This document shows positions 1-5,522 of a DNA stretch of 32,000 bases, in pieces. How positions within the stretch are numbered: the first letter of the stretch is position 1; each line of letters starts with the position of its first letter. The DNA lies in the NCBI RefSeq assembly GCF_001412615.1, contig NZ_CP013011.1, positions 930,001 through 962,000 on the forward strand, in the 5' to 3' direction. A program made the position numbers and the translations under genes. Under the pieces are notes generated by a model. The model saw nothing but the letters and a program-made list of their open reading frames with translations. It searched no databases and was not told the origin of the DNA. This stretch comes from Pyrodictium delaneyi. Its GTDB lineage: Archaea > Thermoproteota > Thermoprotei_A > Sulfolobales > Pyrodictiaceae.

Positions 1-119
1 CTTAACTTGTCTAAAAACTCTGCTATAGCACCTAGTACTTGCCTAAGCTCTTCTACATCGTCTGCACGGGCAGTACTAGATGGTTCTTGCTTGTGTTCAC
101 TCTTTGCATCCTCATTCAT
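1..119 (-). CDS. hypothetical protein, N-terminal fragment (gene continues beyond the left edge)
   Basis: ATG at 117-119 (minus strand). A GAGGTGA Shine-Dalgarno-like motif (rc of 129-135) lies 9 nt upstream. The frame MNEDAKSEHKQEPSSTARADDVEELRQVLGAIAEFLDKL... stays open to position 1. No family recognised. Too short to appear in the ORF track. Confidence 0.35.
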   Translation of the reverse strand, partial: MNEDAKSEHKQEPSSTARADDVEELRQVLGAIAEFLDKL

Positions 120-163
120 GACTTGTATTCACCTCTTCCAATTGTTGCTTCCAGAGTATGACA

Positions 164-1090
164 TTATGTAGTGTCTACCCTATTGGATGTTTGGCGTTCA
201 GAGTGGCCAGTAGACTGGCTAAGGGAGGATAGACGCTCGTAGACACGTTGCAGAATTGTTGCATGGTTCTCCTCGTCACGAATTATAGACTCAAGTATCG
301 TCTCATATACGTCGATATCCTTCTTGCTCATTACTGTTCTAAGTGCTGGTATGAGTATTCTAGTATAGTCTTCCTCGCCAACATGTTCCTCAAGTGATGC
401 CAGGAAGCGGAGAATATTGAATAATTCAGTTCTTCTGGGACATTCCTCGGAAAGCTTCCTATTCATCTTCTTGAGCTGCTCCATTAGTCCGCCAGGTTCG
501 ACCGGGCACTTGTTCTCGTCCACGTCTATCCCAAGGTCTTTCGCAATGAAGCCAAAGATGTCTGCGTGCGTACTACTTTCACTAGCTATATAGGTGAAAG
601 CGATGCTCGTAACGCCTCCAGCACAATCAGCGAGCCGCTTGTATATGTTAGATGTGAGTTCCTCGATGAGGATTGCACAGGATAGTGCTTCGCTGATTAC
701 TGCGCTCATGTCTGCTGTTGTTTTTTCGGCTTCAGCCTCGAAGCCGAAAAGACCTAGCATTCTTAATATCTCTGCATCTTTGCCCTTTTCAGCCAGTTTC
801 AATAATTGATTCGGGTCTATCCTTGATTTAGCTAGTGCTGCAAGCGGCTTAGATATTACCAGCTCGGCTACTAGGCGGCCGCGTTCATTTCCGTATAATT
901 CAGTTAGCAGACGATATGCCTTAGAGGGAGACATCAATGAGAGATTAGCAAAGCTGATACCATACTTTCTTTTAGAGTGTAGATTTAATACAGCAGATAG
1001 CCCTGGCGCATGTCTACGGATTTCTCGCTGTATAGTTTCAACAAGCTCGTATTTATCCGGCCTATTGCTAGCTGAGTTACCGCTGTTCAT
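164..1090 (-). CDS. uncharacterised two-domain protein: unknown N-terminal domain plus ferritin/rubrerythrin-like four-helix-bundle domain (paralogue A)
   Basis: 308-aa ORF starting at ATG 1090. An AT-rich TATA-like run (rc of 1108-1120) lies 20-30 nt upstream. It is collinear with the ORF at 4583-5476, sharing VLN(L/F)..S...YG, (S/A)KPL, A.KG.D..I..LGL and an identical 11-aa block LESIIRDEENH. The C-terminal half carries ferritin-like helix signatures: ILIEELTSNIY, IASESSTHADIF, LEEHVGEEDY, IIRDEENHATIL. I recognise nothing in the N-terminal ~110 aa. Confidence 0.8.
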   Translation of the reverse strand: MNSGNSASNRPDKYELVETIQREIRRHAPGLSAVLNLHSKRKYGISFANLSLMSPSKAYRLLTELYGNERGRLVAELVISKPLAALAKSRIDPNQLLKLAEKGKDAEILRMLGLFGFEAEAEKTTADMSAVISEALSCAILIEELTSNIYKRLADCAGGVTSIAFTYIASESSTHADIFGFIAKDLGIDVDENKCPVEPGGLMEQLKKMNRKLSEECPRRTELFNILRFLASLEEHVGEEDYTRILIPALRTVMSKKDIDVYETILESIIRDEENHATILQRVYERLSSLSQSTGHSERQTSNRVDTT

Positions 1091-1213
1091 CGCTGCTCAA
1101 TCCACGCATTATTATTATTCCCTGATCAGCCAGGGGCCCCAGCTGCTTAGTGACTCCCTACCCGGGGTAGCTGCTAATACCCTACGCAGCAGCAGCCTAA
1201 GACCTGAAGTACG

Positions 1214-1229
1214 GTGGGCTAGACGTGGG
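1214..1229 (+). promoter_or_regulatory. GTGGG-N6-GTGGG pair overlapping the aroE start codon
   Basis: GTGGG at 1214-1218 and at 1225-1229. The second contains the GTG start. The 11-nt phasing matches the trp and aroA/aroK promoters. Confidence 0.35.
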
Positions 1230-2079
1230 GGCTCTAGGCTGCAGTCCCTCGACTAGACTCTACGGGCTTATCGGGAGCCCTATATCTCATAGCCTAAGCC
1301 CAGCAATACACTGCGCTGTATACCGTGCAGCCGGTATCGACGCTGTCTACCTGGCTTGGGACACCCCCCAGGAGAAGCTAGAGGAGCGGGTAAAAGCGCT
1401 CCGCAACCTAGCAGGAGGCTTCAACGTCACTATACCCCTCAAGGAGGCGGTACTGGGGCTCCTAGACAGCCTAGACGAGGCCGCCGAAGCGATAGGCGCT
1501 GTCAACACCGTCAGCGTTGAGGACGGGAGTCTAACCGGCTATAATACCGACTATCTAGGCGTAGCCGAGTGTCTGCGAGGCCACAGACCCCGGGTAGCCC
1601 TCATCGTGGGTGCTGGGGGCGCAGCCCGGGCCGCTGTCTACGCGCTACGGGACCTTGGCGCTGTGAAGGTGATTATCGCTAACCGTAGCCTTGGACGCGC
1701 GCAGAGGTTGGCAGAGTGGAGCAAGAGTCTGGGCCTCGACGCTCTCGCCGTCTCCCTAAGCGAGGCTGCAGGATGGGCATCAAGAGCAGACACAGTGGTC
1801 AACGCGACGCCATTGGGCAGCGAGGCCTGCTGCCCAGGCGAGGCTCCCCCAGTGCTGGATGGACTACACGAGGGCCAGGTGGTCTTTGACATGGTATACC
1901 GGCCGCTGGAAACGCTGCTTCTGAAGAGGGCCCGGGAGGCTGGAGCCAGGACCGTGGACGGGCTGTGCATGCTTGTATGGCAGGCCCTCTACGCGGACAA
2001 GATATGGCTTGGAGTGGAGCCTACCTCTGAGCTATACGAGGTTGCCCGAAGGGCTGCCCTCGATGCTATGAAGGCCTAG
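1225..2079 (+). CDS. aroE: shikimate 5-dehydrogenase
   Basis: N-terminal substrate motif LYGLIGSPISHSLSPAIH. NAD(P) Rossmann motif VGAGGAARAAVYAL. Also NTD, typical length (284 aa) and a GTG start at 1225. Confidence 0.93.
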   Translation: MGALGCSPSTRLYGLIGSPISHSLSPAIHCAVYRAAGIDAVYLAWDTPQEKLEERVKALRNLAGGFNVTIPLKEAVLGLLDSLDEAAEAIGAVNTVSVEDGSLTGYNTDYLGVAECLRGHRPRVALIVGAGGAARAAVYALRDLGAVKVIIANRSLGRAQRLAEWSKSLGLDALAVSLSEAAGWASRADTVVNATPLGSEACCPGEAPPVLDGLHEGQVVFDMVYRPLETLLLKRAREAGARTVDGLCMLVWQALYADKIWLGVEPTSELYEVARRAALDAMKA

Positions 2080-2471
2080 ATGGGTATGAACCATACTCTT
2101 TCTACGCCTCGTATCCGCCTTACAGTAGACATTAGGGGCTTCAGCTCGATAGTCGATGCCTCCACTACTGCTATGTTTATGCAGCGGTTGTCGTCGAGCA
2201 ATTGGTGGTAGAGCGCTCTCACTAGCGGCTGGTGGCTATGGAATGCCTCTATGACTCTGCGATCTGCTGCCGAGCCCCCGTTGTGTCGCGTAACTGTCAC
2301 TATGATCCAGGTTCTCCTCTCTCGGTCCTCCCCGGTCGCCTCTAGCTGTTCAATCATCCGCCTCAGTGCTTCCCGTACTAGCTCCGAGCGACCCACGAAG
2401 CCTAGTTTTTCCACATAGTTGTCCACCTTCTCAAGCAGGCTCTCAGGTATAGAGACACTCACTATGGGCAT
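2076..2471 (-). CDS. nikR: NikR-family (ribbon-helix-helix plus ACT-like metal-binding domain) transcriptional regulator with a variant metal site
   Basis: RHH N-terminus MPIVSVSIPESLLEKVDNYVEKLGFVGRSELVREALRRMI, followed by a ~80-aa C-terminal domain with H78, H80, H89 and C97 (numbered from ATG 2471). I prefer ATG 2471 over the ORF-track TTG 2492. A purine run GGGTGGGAG lies just upstream, and a TATA-like TAGTATATGG (rc of 2494-2503) is centred ~28 nt upstream. The stop shares the palindrome CTAG (2076-2079) with the aroE stop. Confidence 0.82.
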   Translation of the reverse strand: MPIVSVSIPESLLEKVDNYVEKLGFVGRSELVREALRRMIEQLEATGEDRERRTWIIVTVTRHNGGSAADRRVIEAFHSHQPLVRALYHQLLDDNRCINIAVVEASTIELKPLMSTVRRIRGVERVWFIPI

Positions 2472-2531
2472 TTCTCCCACCCATGGAGCCAAGCCATATA
2501 CTAAGAACCACTACTACTCCTTAATATTCCT

Positions 2532-2577
2532 GATATAATTATCAATGATAGCTTTTAACAATAACTGTTATTATATC
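2532..2577. promoter_or_regulatory. nikR / ATPase divergent control region with mirrored AT-rich arms and internal palindromes
   Basis: GATATAAT (2532-2539) and its reverse complement ATTATATC (2570-2577) are separated by 30 nt. Inside lie TATCAATGATA (2540-2550, a perfect odd palindrome) and TAACA-ATAAC-TGTTA (2556-2570). Confidence 0.45.
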
Positions 2578-2610
2578 AGCACGCACTACGGCCTCTCAAG
2601 GGGCAGTAAA

Positions 2611-4380
2611 GTGGCTAAAACACACGCCGTAAGACTATGGATTACAGTGCTAGCAGTCAGCCTTACAGCACTAGCTCTAGAGCTGTTAGGCTGGGACGCC
2701 AGCTCACTCATAGCACTACTCGCTGTGGTGCTTCTAACAAGGTTTGCATGGAAGCTTCGAGAGAGAAGAGTAACCATAGACCTCCTCATGGGGTTCTCGC
2801 TACTAGTACTCTACCTGGAAGGCATGGTCTTCGAGGCTACGCTAGTAGCTAGCCTCTACGCCGTTGCTGAGATAGCTGAGGGCCTGGTGGAGGAGCTTGC
2901 AAGACGCCGCTTGACAAGTCTTGAGGAGTTACTCCCACGTAGTGCACTTGTCCGCCGCGACGGGAGAGTAGTGGAAGTATCAATAGGTAATGTAAAGCCT
3001 GGGGATATAGTAATAGTCCCTCACGGCGGCACCGTGCCCGTAGACTCGGTGCTGCTAAGCAGCTATGCTGTATTCGACACCTCCATGGTGACTGGCGAAC
3101 ACATACCGAGACGACTCGAGCGAGGTTCGCTGGTCGAGAGCGGCTATGTTAACATGACAGGGGCTGCCATAGAGCTTCGAGCTATCCGGCCTGCAGGGGA
3201 GAGTCTACTACAGCTACTAGTGCGTGAAACCGAAGAGGCTCTAGCCCGAAAGACCCGCATTGAGAGATTGTTCGAGCGTGTTATCCCCGCGTATATTGTG
3301 CTTCTCTTCGCATTGTACGCTGCCGCATCGATAACCCTCGGGCCTGATAGGGGTCTTGTAGTCATACTGGCTGGGTGCCCGAGTGCTTACATAATAGCGT
3401 CTAGCTACACCTACATGCTCTCGATAAGTCTGCTAGCTCGCCGTGGGATCGTAGTCCGAGGAGCACAGGTCCTCGAAAAGGTGCCGCGTGTATGGGCTAT
3501 AGTGCTCGATAAGACAGGTACGCTTACCCTAGGCTCGCTAAAGGTTGCAAAGATAGTACCGGGGAGACGTTTCGACGAAAAGGTAGTAGATATTGTGGCA
3601 GCAGCTGCCCGTGCAAGTCTACACCCTGCATCACGGGCTATCGCAGAGCTATCCCAGGAGCCATTACCCGTAGACTACGCCCGAGAAGAGCCAGGCCGTG
3701 GCGTCGTAGCTGGGGTCGCAGGTCACCACGTGGTGCTTGGTTCCCGCAGCTTCGTGGAAGAGTATACAGGGGAGAAGCTACCTCCAAGCCCCTGTGGGAG
3801 CACGACAACCGTCTACGCTGCTGTAAATGGCGTCTACGTGGCAGCCTTCTGTCTAGAGGAGGAACTAGACCCCAGCGCCGTTGAGGTCGTGGAACATCTG
3901 AAAAACATGGGACTCCGGGTATTGATCGCGAGTGGAGACTCCCACGGTCCAGTCCGCCGAGTAGCAGAGAAGCTCGGGGTAGAATTCTACGCAGGATTCC
4001 GGCCAAGCGATAAGACCAAGCTCGTAGAGAAGCTGCAGGCCCGCGGCCCCGTAATGGTGGTGGGCGACGGAGTTAACGACCTCCCTATGCTTGCAGCCGC
4101 AGATGTAGGTGCTGCAGTAGCCCGGATAGCCCCAGTAGCCAAGAGCGCGGATGCTGTACTATTAAAGGGTCTAGTAGGCCTCAGAGACCTCTTCAACGTA
4201 TCGCTAAGGTTTCATACCGCAATTATGTCAAGCCTGATAGTTGCAACAATCCTCAAACTCCTAGCACTGGTAGTAGGTATCGGAGGAGCATCTCTCCCAG
4301 TAGTTTTAGTAATTGGAGATGATGGCGCAACATTGACAGCCGTAGTAGCAGCCACTGCTAGACTGATAAGGGGGCGTTAA
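2611..4380 (+). CDS. heavy-metal-translocating P-type ATPase (P1B type) without an N-terminal metal-binding domain; non-canonical CPS membrane motif
   Basis: DKTGTLT phosphorylation motif (Asp codon 3508-3510). TGE actuator motif (MVTGEH). Hinge GDGVNDLPMLAAADVG. P1B N-domain motif SLHPAS. The TM6 motif C-P-S is encoded at 3376-3384. About 8 hydrophobic helices; no CxxC or His-rich N-terminus. I place the start at GTG 2611 (VAKTHAVRLW...) because the ORF-track ATG 2545 lies inside the AT-rich divergent promoter. Confidence 0.88.
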   Translation: MAKTHAVRLWITVLAVSLTALALELLGWDASSLIALLAVVLLTRFAWKLRERRVTIDLLMGFSLLVLYLEGMVFEATLVASLYAVAEIAEGLVEELARRRLTSLEELLPRSALVRRDGRVVEVSIGNVKPGDIVIVPHGGTVPVDSVLLSSYAVFDTSMVTGEHIPRRLERGSLVESGYVNMTGAAIELRAIRPAGESLLQLLVRETEEALARKTRIERLFERVIPAYIVLLFALYAAASITLGPDRGLVVILAGCPSAYIIASSYTYMLSISLLARRGIVVRGAQVLEKVPRVWAIVLDKTGTLTLGSLKVAKIVPGRRFDEKVVDIVAAAARASLHPASRAIAELSQEPLPVDYAREEPGRGVVAGVAGHHVVLGSRSFVEEYTGEKLPPSPCGSTTTVYAAVNGVYVAAFCLEEELDPSAVEVVEHLKNMGLRVLIASGDSHGPVRRVAEKLGVEFYAGFRPSDKTKLVEKLQARGPVMVVGDGVNDLPMLAAADVGAAVARIAPVAKSADAVLLKGLVGLRDLFNVSLRFHTAIMSSLIVATILKLLALVVGIGGASLPVVLVIGDDGATLTAVVAATARLIRGR

Positions 4381-4383
4381 GCA

Positions 4384-4438
4384 GTCTACTAGATGGGTGC
4401 TGACTCCAGAAGTAGACGGGAAAAGGCTCAGAGCTTTT
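4384..4438 (+). terminator. candidate terminator region after the ATPase gene
   Basis: GTCTACT (4384-4390) pairs with AGTAGAC (4411-4417). A second small hairpin AAAAGGCTC/GAGCTTTT ends in the T-tract 4435-4438. Confidence 0.3.
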
Positions 4439-4549
4439 AGAGGCATGAAATGGGGTATCAGATACTAGGGTCGGTTCTAAAGTGTCCCTATCATTGGGTG
4501 GGATACAGGAGGGGTAGCTGTCATCTTACACAAGTAATAAGAGGGGTAT

Positions 4550-4578
4550 CACCTACCACTACATACTACTGGTAGGTG
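4550..4578 (+). promoter_or_regulatory. perfect 9-bp inverted repeat between the TATA-like element and the start codon of paralogue B
   Basis: CACCTACCA (4550-4558), an 11-nt spacer, then TGGTAGGTG (4570-4578). It ends 4 nt before TTG 4583. Confidence 0.4.
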
Positions 4579-4582
4579 TTAC

Positions 4583-5476
4583 TTGCCAGTACCCCGGAAG
4601 CCTCGAGGTCCACCTACCGGACCCTCCTATGACGATTCTCGGCTTGCCGAGGAGTTGAAGGTTATTCTCCGTGAGAAGGCCTCTGGTTTCCTTACTGTGC
4701 TAAACTTCTACTCCCGTCAAATATATGGTTACGAGTACCATGTCGTACTAGCTCGCTCCCCTGCTTCCGCTTTTAACGTGCTTGAGACAGCATACAAAAG
4801 CAGAGCACTCTATGTAGCACGTAATCTCCTAGCAAAACCACTCATAGAAGCTCTAGGTGTAATAGATGTTGATATTAACAAGGTTGTTGAACTTGCTGCT
4901 AAAGGCGATGACAGAGGCATAATGATACTCCTCGGTCTAGCAGAAGGAGAAGTATATAATGAAGATTCTAAGGTCGAGCTCTATAAGGCAGTATCAACTG
5001 CACTAGCATGCGCATTAAGAGTTGAAAAACTTACAGCCGAGATCTATAGTCAACTCGCCGAAAAGCTCGATGATACACTCACTGCAGCATTACACTATAT
5101 AGCTCGTGGTAGTCAAGCTCACGCACATGTACTCGAGCATATAGCTGAAACACTCAAGTTGGAAACGCAGCATTGTATGCCAGAGGCTAATGACATCATA
5201 TCAGAGCTTGAGAAGTTACTTGAATGGCTAGAGGATAGAGACAAGATATCTCGAAGAGAAGCAATCGCAATACTAAATAAGCTTGCCAGCGCAGAAGCAA
5301 CTACTAGCGAGGAGGAATACATGAGGCTACTAGTCCCACTTTTGGAAGACGCTTTTGAAGGCAAGACTTTACGTCTATTCCATGGTCTCCTTGAATCCAT
5401 AATTAGGGACGAAGAAAATCATGAAAAGATAGTTAGGACTATCTATGATATACTCTTGGACGAAAATAACGATTAG
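4583..5476 (+). CDS. uncharacterised two-domain protein: unknown N-terminal domain plus degenerate ferritin/rubrerythrin-like domain (paralogue B)
   Basis: 297-aa ORF with a TTG start at 4583, collinear with 164-1090. The helix-1 and helix-4 signatures are kept (LRVEKLTAEIY, IIRDEENHEKIV). The helix-2 acidic ligand position is not conserved (IARGSQAHAHVL versus IASESSTHADIF). A TATA-like AAGTAATAAGA lies at 4531-4541. Confidence 0.8.
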   Translation: MPVPRKPRGPPTGPSYDDSRLAEELKVILREKASGFLTVLNFYSRQIYGYEYHVVLARSPASAFNVLETAYKSRALYVARNLLAKPLIEALGVIDVDINKVVELAAKGDDRGIMILLGLAEGEVYNEDSKVELYKAVSTALACALRVEKLTAEIYSQLAEKLDDTLTAALHYIARGSQAHAHVLEHIAETLKLETQHCMPEANDIISELEKLLEWLEDRDKISRREAIAILNKLASAEATTSEEEYMRLLVPLLEDAFEGKTLRLFHGLLESIIRDEENHEKIVRTIYDILLDENND

Positions 5477-5522
5477 TATCAGATTCACTTACCAACCGAG
5501 ATGTGTTAAATTAAAAAGTGTT

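Noticed and set aside
2076-2079. aroE and nikR convergent stop codons share the palindrome CTAG
   Set aside because: This is real in the sequence but is most likely a trivial result of tight packing. Nothing suggests it has a function.
2076-2492. The RHH protein as the antitoxin of a toxin-antitoxin pair
   Set aside because: It has a full-length NikR-type C-terminal domain with His/Cys ligands. No small toxin ORF lies adjacent or is co-transcribed. It is divergently paired with a metal ATPase.
2545-2610. ATG 2545 as the ATPase start (MIAFNNNCYYISTHYGLSRGSK...)
   Set aside because: These 22 codons fall within the AT-rich palindromic promoter spacer. They include the ATTATATC TATA-like arm, and their composition is unlike the rest of the gene. 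GTG 2611 is more plausible, though this is not proven.
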